Positions 1-16,821 of a stretch of DNA of 64,000 nt are shown piece by piece. Position 1 is the first letter of the stretch; every line of letters starts with the position of its first letter. Under the pieces are notes generated by a model. That model saw nothing but the letters and a program-made list of their open reading frames with translations. It did no database searches and had not been told where the DNA came from. The translations under genes were made by a program, and so were the position numbers. Origin of the DNA: Hormiphora californensis (Eukaryota; Animalia; Ctenophora); assembly GCA_020137815.1 (NCBI GenBank), contig CM035352.1:9238001-9302000 (forward strand), given 5' to 3'.

Positions 1-559
1 CATTATGTACTCCAACATTACTGACAGCAACTTGTTGAGTAACTCAACAAACAATAACAAGTCATTAGAGGTGACATGTGAAACCCAGCTGACCCAAATG
101 AAGAGAGAGACCTGTATCTCATATAGGGACGATGTTATTTGGAGATACCCTCTAGACTTGTTACTCCTTACAATTAACTAGACTGCATAGTTGACATATA
201 TGTAAACTGAACACAATGGCCAGCCCAGTTATCTAGTATGCCCCGTGGACATTGTCCCCCTGTAGAACTTGTTGGGCGAGGGTCAGACTCAGAGCACTGA
301 CAGGATAGAACCACGTGTGCTGATTATAGATTGTGTGGCGGAGAACTGCACTTCACATTGGCATATGAGCTACATCGAGGAAGGGACCCCTTACTAAGGG
401 GTAACAACATACTAGGAGGGTTTATAACAACTAGTAGGTTCATAAAGCCTGGTCTATACTTGTTGAGGGGTGGAGACGTTATAGCGATCATTATGTTGGT
501 CAAGCAGGGGCAAAACAGTGCAACACGTGACTAGAATCGCATTATTTTACCACAATAGG

Positions 560-730
560 GAGTGAGAGAGAGAGAGAGAGGGGAGAGAGAGTGAGAGAGA
601 GAGAGAGTGAGAGAGTGAATCAGTAAATGAGAAAGATGGAAATGCATGGTTAGAGAAAGCGATATGGTTAGAATATAGTTATAGTGCCAATTGTGAATAG
701 AACCTGCTCTCCCCTCTCTCTCTCTCTCTT

Positions 731-780
<50 letters not shown>
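560..780. repeat. (GA)n and (CT)n microsatellites
   Basis: (GA)n at ~560-618 and (CT)n at ~708-780 read directly. Confidence 0.95.
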
Positions 781-783
<3 letters not shown>

Positions 784-1537
784 GCCGACTGCTTGGGTTT
801 TGTAATCTTGAGATTAAAATTGAATTTGTGGCTCTCAGCTCACAACTGGGTGCGAAGACACTGCATTTACTTGTCTGAGTAGACACCACCACCATCCACT
901 AGGAGAGAGAGAGAGAGGGACACCCCCCCCCCCCCTTTGCATCATCAAGTAGAGAGGGGGTAATGGAGGGCTGTGATTGGCTGGCTAGCATGTCACGTGA
1001 TCACTGCGGGTAAATTTCAAATGAATGCCCCTTCTACCGCAGCTCAGCACATGTTGCATTTTGAAATGAACGTGTATTTTCCACCACAACGAAAATTAAT
1101 TTCTTTTTCCAATTTTCCACCACTGAAATATATAGCTCACTACGTGCCACTACGGAAAAGTGGTCCTCTTAATTCGGAGAAAAAATGAAATGGCACTGCC
1201 ACTGTCTAGACAGACATGTCTCTGGGATCTAGTTATTCGAGATTTGAGAGGGATGATGAATGACGTGGAAATTATTGTGACTTGAGTTTGGGAGTTATGT
1301 AGTGGCCAGTAGACAGAACACAAAGACCAAATAATCATGTGAAACACATTTATCATTATGATGCAGTTTGTTGAGTAAGATGCAGTGGGGAGCTGTCAAA
1401 CAACTAGTCCAACTACAGCTGATTGAAAATAACGTATAGATTGACTAGTAGTCAGGTAAAAAGTATGCTTCTCAGGATGAGAAACAGAACTTGTTTATTG
1501 GTCAGCAACGCGGTGGTATTGTACGTTTTTCATCATT

Positions 1538-1540
<3 letters not shown>

Positions 1541-1574
<34 letters not shown>

Positions 1575-1583
1575 TCTCCTCCT

Positions 1584-1655
<72 letters not shown>
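1541..1655. repeat. (CT)n microsatellite
   Basis: Direct reading. Confidence 0.95.
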
Positions 1656-1657
<2 letters not shown>

Positions 1658-2484
1658 CACTCTGGCCACCCTCGTCATCCCTGGGAAATGGTAAATAAAC
1701 GTTATTGGATCAGTGCAGGGTGGTTTTGCTGCTACTTGTCACATGGTACGATTGGAAAATGGATACAAGTGCAGCTCTTTAGTCATGCACAGTGTCATTC
1801 GGACTCACTCAACAACTCACACAGCTGGTTGACAGAAACTATTCCATGATGCCTGTCGACGTCTTTCCGGACAAACACAGACGTCGATAGTAATACAGTC
1901 AATGGACATGCCCATCATATATGTCACACGCACCTTGCCACACTTTAATTTGATCATTGTTCGGAACGCGCCGTGCAATTTCCGAGATGATCATTGCGCG
2001 CGTGTACACAGTACACACTGACCGTGGGAATTATTTGTCAGAGAAGAACCAGCTGACGTTCAGTTTGCAGTGCAGAATCTGAAATCGTTGAGGGAGGGGG
2101 CTGGGGATAATCAGCTCATAACCGCTGAGCCTGCCAATCAGAATCATAAAACAAGGTCGATTTAGTGTTTGTAAAACTAAAAATGAAGAAAATCAATTAA
2201 CATTTCACAGTTGGGTATAATAACAAAGTATAAACATTTTCAAATTCCTTCAAGTGGAACTCTCTGCTCAAAAAGGAATAGTGTTCGTTATCTGACATCT
2301 GTATCAACACACATCAATTATCAAGTTCAATTTAACTCTCCAATATATCTGTAACATTACAAAACACACAACCCTAATTTATGATGCAATTAACAGAGCT
2401 AATTAATGTTAATTAACAGTCCCTAATTGATGTCCTTTATTCTGTAGGGAGGATGTTAGGAAGCGATTGTAATCTTGTATCATG

Positions 2485-5400
2485 TCATGCTATTCCTTTC
2501 AACAGCTCTCCCTTTACAGTCCAAACTCCTGGGGAATAGATACTTTAGACTTTAGAGAACTAGAATTTAAATGAAACGAGATTTATACCACGTTTGTCTG
2601 TCTGTATTATGAAATATTTTCATCCGTTTAGTGAATATTCAAATGTATATTTGAACCTACTTGCACGCAAGGATATTAGAATTCTGAGAAGCCGTATCTT
2701 TAATTTCAAAGTACAGTTTTCTCGGTAGATCTGTAATTTGTAGTGAAGACACGGGGTAAAACTTTTTCAAGTTATATTGCTGCTCCTCTCTTACTCCACC
2801 AGCACCTCCCATGAAATCTCTGAAGAGGGGGGGGGGGGTTAGTAATAGTAGTAGTTAGTAGTAGTAGGGGGAGGGGCAGAGAGAAATAATAGGTCTCTGT
2901 AGGGGGGCTGGTTGTAGAGGAGGGAAATATCTCTCTCTGGGATTGAGGGCAGAAAACAGTGTGACAAATAGGGATCACATTTGGAGCAGGGAGAGCTGCC
3001 TTGACAAACTAAATGGTGGAGTTATAAGGTACAGCCCTCCTTTTTATAGGGAGGGAACGGTTATAAAAAATACACGTACATTAAAGGAGTGTTTCTTTTT
3101 TAGTTTCAACTTCTGCACAACTGCGGCCCCCTTTTTAAAAACTAGTATCAGTAGATTGGGATCTAGTTCGGGCACAAAACTCTCCAAATCCTTAGTCCTG
3201 GGCTCCATAACAGGTTCACAGTGTAATAACTCCTCTATAGGTCCTGAACACAAAACATTATTAATTGATGATCGGAAAACATATTGGGATAGCCTGTCTG
3301 GAGACGCGACCCCATCTGAGCACACTGTCGTGCGCCCAGATTAGATTTGAGAATCAAATCTGAGAATCAAATTGGGTTATGGCGCCGCTATAAAGGGGCT
3401 AGCTATTTTAAAAAGAATGAATAGTGGATGATTTAAAGAATAATTAATATTGATCTATCCCTCTCTACCTACCAATAAGGACCTCTAGATGTTTGTTATT
3501 CTTGTACAAAGTACTGAATTCCTCTAACATTGCTACCCTGTTATGTACTGCAGTAGAAATACCTTCCAACATCTTACACGTTCCTGACAGGGGGAGTTCA
3601 GGAATAATAAAATAGACAAGCTAAATAAACTGGAAGTGAACAACTCAATCACAGCCCAAATTTATCAGTATATCAGTATATCAGTATATCGGTTATCAGT
3701 ACTTACGTCCCAGTTTCTCTCCCAGCAGCGACCCATTATCCACACAGCCCCGAACTCTGATCTGATGTATCATGGTGCTATAATCTGATACTCTCTGTAG
3801 TGGCATGTCCAGTCCTGCTTGAAGAGAGGTGTTTCTCTCCTGGCTAGGGTTACACTCCAGTAGATACTTCTCCCATCTCCCTACCTCATCACTCTCTAAC
3901 TGACCTGTGATAAATAGAATCAATAGTTGAATATATAGCGTCGATGAGGGGTTATAGCAACTAAAAACAGCCATTTGATTGGGCATGACCTCATATCTGA
4001 GGACCTGGGCAGGGAGCCCCTCAATTGACAGGCTACACTGTTCCTCGCTGCGAGAGAAAGAGTAGCCTGTCAATCATTGACTCAAGAAGCGAGGGGACTC
4101 AATGTCAACGAAGAGATGGACGTCTCACTGGACACTCAGTCAGAGTGGGCGATCTTGATGAGTCACTCTCAGCTGAGAGCACACATGGACGCGCGTGAAA
4201 ACAACACTGCTGAAACGGTGTACTTCTTAAGAAATCTCATTCCGCGCGCTCCTACAACGTCGTTGAGTGAGTGACGACTCACTTATTGGCGAACACCAGA
4301 GATTATCTTCATAATCAGAAACCTCAAATCCATAATGATGATAATTATAAGCCCATAGTCACGAATAGATTTATATTTAGAGACTGTATATCTATTGGCC
4401 TTACTAACCACATGAATGCTACAACTGTAGCTAAAAGACACATCCTGTGATTGCTGCTTGTTCTGCTTGATGTCGCCGCATTGTTTCAAAAGTGAGTCAC
4501 ATGATGTAGAACTTCACAAGGAGGGGGCGTTATAAAGGCAATGCTCAGAGACCCAATAATGGGTATCTTGTGGACAAATGGTATTGAGATATCACGTCGT
4601 TGTCATAGCAACACGATATAACACACTTCATACCTACTATAGTAACGCGGTATATAATCCTTGTAATTCTTGTCAGGACCTGGAATTTTTGGGGGGCAAG
4701 CTAATTTTTCACCAAATGTTACCCAAGGGTCCCCTGAGTCACCACAAAAAAGTCTAAGAGTGAAGTCCTTGCGGAGAGGTCATTTCCGGGCCACGCCCAT
4801 TTTTACCTGTATTATCAGTCATAATTCCAAAATTATGTAAATCCTCTTAGGAAAAGAGTAGAGAAAAAATCAAGGGCACTAAAGTGATCAGCGTCCTCAC
4901 ATTAGTGGGGGTAGGTGCAAAAATTAAGTTTCTATCTGGTCGCGTTAATGAGTTAATTGGATAATTAGGTGCGCAAATAACCGTTTTTTGCCATATGGCT
5001 ATAGCCACTTTGGAATGGTTTAGAGACTTTTCACTGGTGCCATTTTGTAGGCAATGGCTAACTTATGGGGGGTCTTGGTCGGACTTTTAAGCTCTATCTC
5101 CAACCGTTTAGCCGTTATTCGGATTCAAAGGTGCTGAAATGAGCACAAAGAGGCACAAAATCGGACTAATTACCATTTTTTGCTCATTTTCAGCACCTTT
5201 GAATCCAAATAACGGCTAAACGGTTGGAGATAGAGCTTAAAATTCCGACCAAGACCCCCCATAAGTTAGCCATTGCCTACAAAATGGCACCAGTGAAAAG
5301 TCTCTAAACCATTCCAAAGTGGCTATAGCCATATGGCAAAAAACGGTTATTCGCGCACCTAATTATCCAATTAACTCATTAACGCGACCAGATAGAAACT

Positions 5401-5701
5401 TAATTTTTGCACCTACCCCCACTAATGTGAGGACGCTGATCACTTTAGTGCCCTTGATTTTTTCTCTACTCTTTTCCTAAGAGGATTTACATAATTTTGG
5501 AATTATGACTGATAATACAGGTAAAAAGGGGCGTGGCCCGGAAATGACCTCTCCGCAAGGACTTCACTCTTAGACTTTTTTGTGGTGACTCAGGGGACCC
5601 TTGGGTAACATTTGGTGAAAAATTAGCTTGCCCCCCAAAAATTCCAGGTCCTGACAAGAATTACATGGTTTAATAACTGTACCGGTATAACAGTTGATAC
5701 A

Positions 5702-5735
<34 letters not shown>

Positions 5736-6293
5736 GGGTACATACCTATAGTCCTGATCAGCTGAGCTCTTGTTGAACAGAAGTGAGTGTAAGTTTTAAA
5801 ACCACTTCTAGCCTCCATCAGACCCTCACACAGGTAGCTCACCATGGCGTAGTAATCCGGTGTACTCTCAACACTGTGCGGGAATTATGGGTTAGGGCAT
5901 GTGGTTATCTCTTGTGTGGATAGTACACTATTAACTTGAGATCACCCAATTGTTGTACAATTGTTGTACTGTACAACTTGTACAATGTATAATTGTTGTA
6001 CTGTGTACAACTTGTACACCTACCTGGTATCTGATATTAGTTTACTAAAGTATGTCTCAAACTGGGTAGATAACTGCTGGTGAAAGTGGATGAGACGGTT
6101 CAGTGCTGACTTCAGGTTGTTTATCTACAGGAAGGGTTATATTAGATGGGGTTGTTATCATGGTTACCATGGTTACCAGCTGTGGTTGCTATGGTAACTA
6201 GAGAGATTACTAACCACGTCAAGATGAACACATCCATTATACTGCATGGGCTCCACATGTAGATTTATCAAACTCTCTATATCTGATATGTAC
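2485..6293 (-). CDS. 3' exons of a Dbl-homology (DH/RhoGEF-like) domain gene
   Basis: Phase-compatible GT-AG exons 6293-6215 (YISDIESLINLHVEPM), 6124-6024 (INNLKSALNRLIHFHQQL), 5873-5746, 3904-3707 (SLQAGLDMPLQRVSDYSTMI, matching the DH motif L..P.QR..Y) and 3583-~3475. The last exon (~2528-2485, followed by AATAAA near 2436) is uncertain. Confidence 0.65.
4656..5671. mobile_element. ~1 kb foldback/MITE-like near-perfect palindrome in an intron of the DH gene
   Basis: Arm 4662-~5147 (TGTAATTCTTGTCAGGACC...) is the reverse complement of ~5181-5665 with very few mismatches; ~35 bp spacer; ATAA/TTAA flanks. Confidence 0.85.
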
Positions 6294-6759
6294 CTGGGAA
6301 ATGGGAGGAGTCAGTGATCATGTTATAGTGATTATGTACGATTAGTAGTATCTACACGAACTGAACAAGTAGAAGGCTCTCTGTTGTGTTCAGCTGGTAA
6401 CGTAGTAAGGCAGTTGGGGCGTGTTGTAAGTTCTCACGGTGTCCACCCCCCACACACACCTTGCCACTTCACTACCTTGCCACTTCACTACCTGCAGCAG
6501 CTTGTACCCAGTTGATCAGTGTAGCTTACGAGAGATAGGGAGGGGGCCTGGGAGGTCAGTACAGCAGCTTGCCATGTAATGGTTCAATCCCCCATGCCAC
6601 CCCTCCCTATATCCTCTGTGTATCTCCCAGGCCCCCTATCTCTCTCCTCCCTTTCTCTCTGGACAGGTGCCCAATTAGAACCCAATTAAGCCAGCCAGTG
6701 CGTGTCATCTCTGTGTAGTCTTTGTCAACCGCCACACCATTCACCAAGACGTTGGATGT

Positions 6760-7280
<521 letters not shown>

Positions 7281-7286
7281 CCCAAG

Positions 7287-10545
<3,259 letters not shown>

Positions 10546-11036
10546 AGGGTGGACGATTTCATTGCCATTAACTCAGACTAATGTAGCGACACCCTTCTTT
10601 GTAATTGTTAGATATCGCCTATTGAGAGAGCCTGATCTATTAGTTCGAAACTTATGACTATGTTATTATGTGTAGTTTTATTGCGAAGACTACACGAGAC
10701 ACTGACAGTTTTTAGCTGAGACTCGAGTCTGAATGTCACCTGTAGTTGTGTTGGAGTAAGATTTTAATTTGAAACAATCGTGGAACTCGACCGCTTCAAT
10801 ATGGACGTTATATTTTACAATTTCTCATTGTGTGTGACTGAATTGAAGATTTTGCTAAATATGCAGTTTAAATAGTTACAAATTACATATTGGTTTGGAG
10901 CGCGCGAATTAATTGTAGATAATCGACTGGTCGTGGCCGCGCGTGAAAAGTACAAGAAAAGGGCGCCGCGCAGCTCAAGCTCGATCGCGATCAGTTTTAA
11001 AATTTGACTTTTGGTTTTTTTGAAAAGCGCTGCCTT

Positions 11037-11251
11037 ATCCCTAATAAAGTTGTGACTTGTCACTGTAGTCTTGCGGAGGCGCGGTTGTGACTTGTCACCG
11101 CGTGTGCGCGTACCAAAACGCACGTGGTTCCCACTGCGCGTAGCTGCGGCGCGGCGTAAACCATGCGGTGACAAGTTACAATCGCGCATTTTGAAGCCGC
11201 GCCGCCACGGGAACCACATGTTTGGTGACAAGTCACAACTTTATTAGGGAT
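11037..11251. mobile_element. MITE with ~27 bp TIRs
   Basis: ATCCCTAATAAAGTTGTGACTTGTCAC at 11037 and its exact reverse complement ending 11251; internal TGTGACTTGTCAC sub-repeats; absent from the homologous interval of the other copy. TSD and superfamily ambiguous. Confidence 0.8.
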
Positions 11252-11548
11252 CCCTATCCCGCCAGCAACGTTTGCCAATTGAAGTTTGTACTTTGTAGCC
11301 GACTTGGGGTTTATTATGGGCTTTTAAGCTATAGATATGAAATGAGGACCCCAAAAATTTCACGTGACAACTTCGTGTTGACGTTAAATTTTTGGGGGTC
11401 CTCATACTTGTTAACTTGTAATTTCACTGCTTTGAGAGGGGCGTTGAGTTTATTCAATATATTTGAAACTGAATAAATACATAACTTGAAGGGTCGAGGT
11501 TTGGGCTCTGAATAATATGTTAGATAGTTTTTGAATTGGTCAAAACGT

Positions 11549-11720
11549 TTAACCCTTTCGGGACGACAAAATGCTCAACATTTTTGAGACATTTTCTATC
11601 TTTGTAACTTATCTCTTTGAACGACCTATAACTTTCCAATTCAGTTGAAGGTGCTATTATGCGGGCCAAAGCCCAAAACTCAAATATTCCACTGCTGTTT
11701 CTTCGTGGTCCCGTGATAGC
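11549..11720. mobile_element. Possible old piggyBac-like MITE end (also at ~32510-32668)
   Basis: TTAA followed by CCCTTTCGGGAC; the other end is degenerate. Confidence 0.3.
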
Positions 11721-11801
11721 TTTTGTGAAACTATTTCTTAAAACAAAATGCCTGAATTGCTACAAAGTGTCAACTCTCCCAATTAACAGATACGCAGTAA
11801 G

Positions 11802-14800
11802 ATGTCAGAAACAGTGTTTGTTGTACCGCCCCCGCCAAGGTAAGTGTGTGTATATCACCACCACCTCCATGTGTATATCACCACACTGCACCCCTCCATG
11901 TGTTGTATCTCTCCCCCTGCAGTGTATCTTGATAGGAGGTGCTAATAAATAGCACACCTTCTGTCCCTTTTTACTTTAAATAAAGTGTGTATCTTGTTGG
12001 AAAGTGCCCACCGGGGGATATACCATCATGCATACTCCACCGGTGCCGATCAGCTTTGTCGCACCCTCTGTTTTTGCTGTGGAGGGATTCCTTTAATCGG
12101 GGTGTTGTCCCTAGCTGTCTTAAGCGACAATTCATCACTCCAATTTTCAAGAAGGGTTCCCGATCCGAGGTTGGCAACTACAGGCCTGTATCGCTGACGT
12201 CAAATATCATCAAATGCTTTGAGAGAGTGGTACGTGCAGGGCTCATTACCCACTTCGAGACGTGTGGTATCTTGAATGAGTCGCAACATGGTTTTAGGAG
12301 AAACCGTAGCTGTTTGACCCAGCTTATAGAACATCTCGACCGGGTTTTGCGTGCAGTAAGTGATGGTGATGAGGTCGATGTGATCTATCTAGACTATCAA
12401 AAGGCGTTTGACAAAGTCGATCACAGGGTCTTAGTGTCCAAATTGGAGAAATATGGTGTGTCAGGAAAACTGCTGGAGTGGATCAAGAACTTTTTACAGG
12501 ATCGTGTTCAGACTGTTACTGTTGACCAGGTTTTCTCGAGCTTCAAGGAGGTTTTAAGCGGTGTCCCGCAGGGGAGTGTCCTGGGGCCCGTACTTTTTTT
12601 GGTCTATGTCATTGACCTTGAATCATCCCTGAGTTTTTCGGATGCTTTGACTTTTGCCGATGATACGAAGATCATTAAAGTTATCAGAGGAATCCTAGAT
12701 CATGCAAATCTACAGGAGGATCTGTGTAACGTGGTGGATTGGTCGGTGTTAAACAACATGACACTCCACGACGATAAGTTTGAGCTGGTGCGTTATTCAC
12801 CACGCTCCAACAACTTAATGCGGGAGCTTCCTTTTACAGCGGGCTATCTCTCTTATGAGACCCCTAGTGGAGTATGTTTAACATCTTCCCCGGTTGTAAA
12901 GGATCTTGGTGTTCTCCTGTCAGAGGATGGGTCGTGGAAGCCACAGATCGAAAAGGTATCTGCATCGGCATCAAGGGTTGCAAACTGGATTCTGGGGGCG
13001 TTCAAATGCAGATCAGTTAAGGTAATGATGACTCTTTACAAAACACTTGTTCGCCCAATCCTGGAATATTGTTCTGCAGTCTGGAACCCGTCATCGGTTG
13101 GTGAAATTGCCCAACTGGAGCAGGTGCAGCGAAATTTCACCAGGCGTATCCTAGGGTGTCAAAACTTGGACTACTGGGAGAGACTTGCTTTCCTTGATTT
13201 ACAGTCCCTGCAGAGGCGCAGGGAGCGCTATGTCCTTATCCACATGTTCAAAATCTGGGCAGGTCGGTAGAACTTCGACAGAATTTAGGGTAGGTCTGAA
13301 TTTAGGGTAGGTCTGAATTTAGGGTAGGTCTGAATTTAGGGTAGGTCTGAATTTAGGGTAGGTCTGAATTTAGGGTAGGTCTGAATTTAGGGTAGGTCTG
13401 AATTTAGGGTAGGTCTGAATTTAGGGTAGGTCTTAATTTAAGGTAGGTCCGTAATGTATCGTTTATCAAAGCATTGCAATTCGACATTAGGTTCTGATTA
13501 GGTCGCTGAACCGCGTCCCGTATCTCGTATCAACTCATTTCAATTCGATCTTAGTCACCGATTAGGTCGCTGAACCACGTCCCGTATCTCGTGTCAACTC
13601 ATTGAAATTCGAGATTAGACACAGATTAGGTCGCTTAACCGCGTCCCGTATCTCGTATCAACTCATTTCAATTCGATCTTAGTCACCGATTGGGTCGCTG
13701 AACAGAGTCCCGTATCTCGTATCAACATTATTGAAATTCGAGGTTAGACACAGATTAGGTCACTGAACCACGTCCCGTATCTTGTATCAAATCATTACAA
13801 TTCGAGGTTAGACACAAATTAGATGGCAAACGAATTGTTTTTTTTTCTTAACAGGTTTCAACTCAGGATGGAACTCTTAAAGTCTACGTGCATAAACTAA
13901 TCAGTGAACAGTCAAACAGTCCCTAATTTCATTTGATGCGATACGGAACACAGTCTACCGACCTAACTCAGTTCACCTACTTTAAGTAGTACTTAGTGTC
14001 GGTGACTAAGATGGATTGATGGAATTGCAATGAGTTGATACGAGATACGGGACGTGCTTCAGCGACCTAATCTGCGTCTAACCTCGAATTTCAATGAGTT
14101 GATACGAGATACGGGACGTGGTTCAGTGACCTAATTGGTGACTAATATCGAATTGCAATGAGTTGATACGAGATACGGGACGCGGTTTAGCGACCTAATG
14201 AGAGCCTAATATCGAATTGCAATGATTTGATAAACGATACGTTACGGACTTACCCTAAATTCAGACCTACCCTAAATTCAGCCCTACCCTAAATTCAGAC
14301 CTACCCTAAATTCAGACCTACCCTAAATTCTGTCGAAGTTCTACCGACCTGCCAAAATCTGTAAGGGACTAGCCCCAAACGGACCCGGTTTTGATTTCAA
14401 GGACACCCCTCGTTACGGGGCACGGGCAGTGATCCCAAAATTCAATCATGGGGCACAAAGGTCGGCGTCCACTATGTTTGAAAACTCTTTTTCGGTTCTG
14501 GGGCGAAACTATGGAACACTCTTCCTAAATTGTGTCAAGGACGCCGGGAATATCGATGAACTCAAGGTTGTACTGGGAGGGGTACCTCAGGGGCATTGCT
14601 GATAGACCACCACCAGGGGGTACTCGTGTGTTCATGGAAACTCCTTGTTGGACTATGCCCTGAGCCGGGGCACGGACTTCTAGTTGCAAAGCCGAATGAG
14701 TTCAGAGAGGCTGAAGCGTTTATTTATAATGTGGATGTCTCGACATGACTGGTCAAACTATTTTGAAGATTGAAGATTGAAGATTAATAACATCCTCTCC

Positions 14801-16821
14801 CCTTTTTCAGTAAGACAGAGCTACTAACTGAAGAATACATCCACTCTCTCATCATACCACCCCCGCCTGGGTTCGAAAAAAGAGGTACTACATCCTGTTA
14901 CTGTTATTTACCATACCGCCCTGTACACGTGTTGTTCCGGATTTACTAGCCCCACTACTTATTGTTTTTCCGGATTTTAAACCCCCCCCCCCCCCCCCCC
15001 CCCCCCAGCAATTGGGTCAACTAAATTTGAAAGATTTCTTTGAGAAGGAAAAGGGCCCCAAAAACACAAAATTATACGGCATTACCAAGTTAATAAAACA
15101 TAACGAACCCCCTGACTATTATAATACCTTGCACACTGTATAATAATAATACCTCGCCCTGCACACATAATGTAATGGCTATTCCTTGTTGTTTGTGTAG
15201 TTGACTGCATTTCCTGCATAACTGCACAGTGGGTGCAGCTGCAGTTGTGTGTGTGTGTGTGTGTTTTTTTTATGTACTGGTTACTGGACAAATATTTTGG
15301 TGTGGTAAAATGAAAAGTACTATCAAAGGTCTGTCAATTTTCCCAATTACCTTTTTTCTCTCTCCCCCTCTCTCTCCCCCCTCCCCCCCTCCCCCTTCCT
15401 CTCTCTCCCCCCCTCTCCTCTTCTCCTCTCCTCTCCTTTCCTCTTTTTCCCTCTCTCCTTTTTTCTCTCAATTCTTTTCCCCCCCCCTATTTTGGGGAAG
15501 TCCCCCTTTCTTTTCAACCGGAAACTCAACTATAATCCCCCCCTCCATTCCCCCCTCCCCATAACCCCCTCCAACCCTCGTACCTCCCCCCCCCAACTAA
15601 CCCCCCTCTGGCAGTATCCCCTCGTAACCCCCCCTCATGGCCCCCCCCACCACTCCCCCACCCCACCAACCCCCTCAGTGCTTCCCCCCACCTCTTATGT
15701 TAGTGGTGCTAGACAAAGAACGTTCTGTGTCTATCGTTATACAAAGCAAGATACAGATTTTGGCAACCTTTTCTATTTTTCCCCCATTTATCTCTCCAAT
15801 TCCCCATCCCCTTTATCTTATTATTGTCTCTTCATTCCCTTTATCTTAAAATTGTGTCTCCATTCCCTTTATTGTCTCTCCATTATCTCAATATCTGTTT
15901 CGGGGGGGCCCAGGGGAAAAGGGCAGTTTTTAAAGTATAGTGACTCCACCCTTGGGGGGCCCCCCCCGAGCGGCGGGGGGTCCTCCCCCCGGGAAAAAAA
16001 AAGGAGAGGTGAAAAAGAAGAGGAGAGGAAAAAGGGGAAAAAATAAAAGGAGGGGGTCCTTGTGGGATTTTTTTTCCCCCTTTTTTTTTTTTCCTTTCCC
16101 CCCCCCCTCCTCTCCCTGGCTCCCTCCCTTTTTCTCTCTCCTCCGCCTCGGCCCCCTCCCCTCCCTCCTCCCCTCCCCCGCTCGCGCTCGCGCTCGCGCT
16201 CGCCTTCCCCGCCCCTCGCGCTCCGCTCGCGCTCCGCCTCCCTCCCTCGCGCTCTCCTCGCCTCCCCTCCGCCTCCCTCCCTCGCCTCGCCCCTCCTCTC
16301 GCCTCCGCTCCTCCGCTCGCGCTCCCGCTCCGCTCCCCTCGGTCGCGCTCGCGCCCGCGGCGCTCGCGGGCCGCGCGCCCGCGCCTCGGGTTCCCCTCTC
16401 CCCTTTTTTTTTGGGTGGCCCCCTGGTTCCCCGGGGGTTTTTGGGGCCGCCCCCGAAAAAGGGGGTTTCCCCCTGGGGTTTGCCCCCCCTTCCTTCCTTT
16501 TCCCCCTTCCTCCTTCCCCCCGGTCCCCTCTGCCTCCCTCTGGAGCCCACCCCTTTTCAACCAACCCTGCCCCACATGGATTACAGTATCAACCCCCCCC
16601 CAGGGGAAAGGGGTTCTAACACTCACGCTCCCCAACCCCCCGGGGCCCCCCCTCTACAAAAAGAGAAGTCCCCCCACCTCCAAATAACCCATTACCGCCC
16701 TACCGCCCGTATCACGCTAGGGGGGAAAAAGGTAGTACCGAGGGGTTTCTCAACCCCCCCCCAAAATTTTTTTTAGATTTCAGGAGCCTCGACAATTTTT
16801 AAATTTCGCTCTGAACAAAGG
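11802..16821 (+). CDS. Inverted second copy of the 5' exons of the DH/RhoGEF-like gene, degraded distally
   Basis: Exon 11802-11839 (MSETVFVVPPPP), exon 14811-14884 (KTELLTEEYIHSLIIPPPPGFEKR), garbled later exons ending GCTCTGAACAAAG at ~16821; mirrors 32414-28814. Confidence 0.6.
12008..14784 (+). mobile_element. 5'-truncated CR1-group LINE (RT) interrupted by a foldback element
   Basis: RT motifs NYRPVSLTS, QHGFR, YLDYQKAFDKV, GVPQGSVLGP, FADD; ORF resumes after 14361 (KGLAPNG...NSLLDY); (TTGAAGA)n tail at 14762-14784. The empty site near 32180 (AAAGTGC|TAATAAC) fixes both ends, with no TSD. Confidence 0.9.
13258..14353. mobile_element. Foldback DNA transposon with modular TIRs and 8 bp TSD
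   Basis: TIR GGCAGGTCGGTAGAACTTCGACAG..., then 17 bp repeats GAATTTAGGGTAGGTCT, then 64 bp repeats, mirrored in the right arm; TSD AAAATCTG at 13250-13257 and 14354-14361; removing it restores the LINE frame. Confidence 0.92.

Noticed and set aside
1-2400. Possible gene at the window start
   Set aside because: Short ORFs show no recognisable motif and I could not build a consistent exon chain.
3025-3405. Possible MITE with AGCCC..TTTATAG / CTATAAAGGGGCT ends
   Set aside because: The inverted match is short and imperfect, with no clear TSD.
15229-16776. Many overlapping Pro/Gly/Arg-rich ORFs, also at 30597-31780
   Set aside because: They arise from homopolymer-inflated low-quality sequence.
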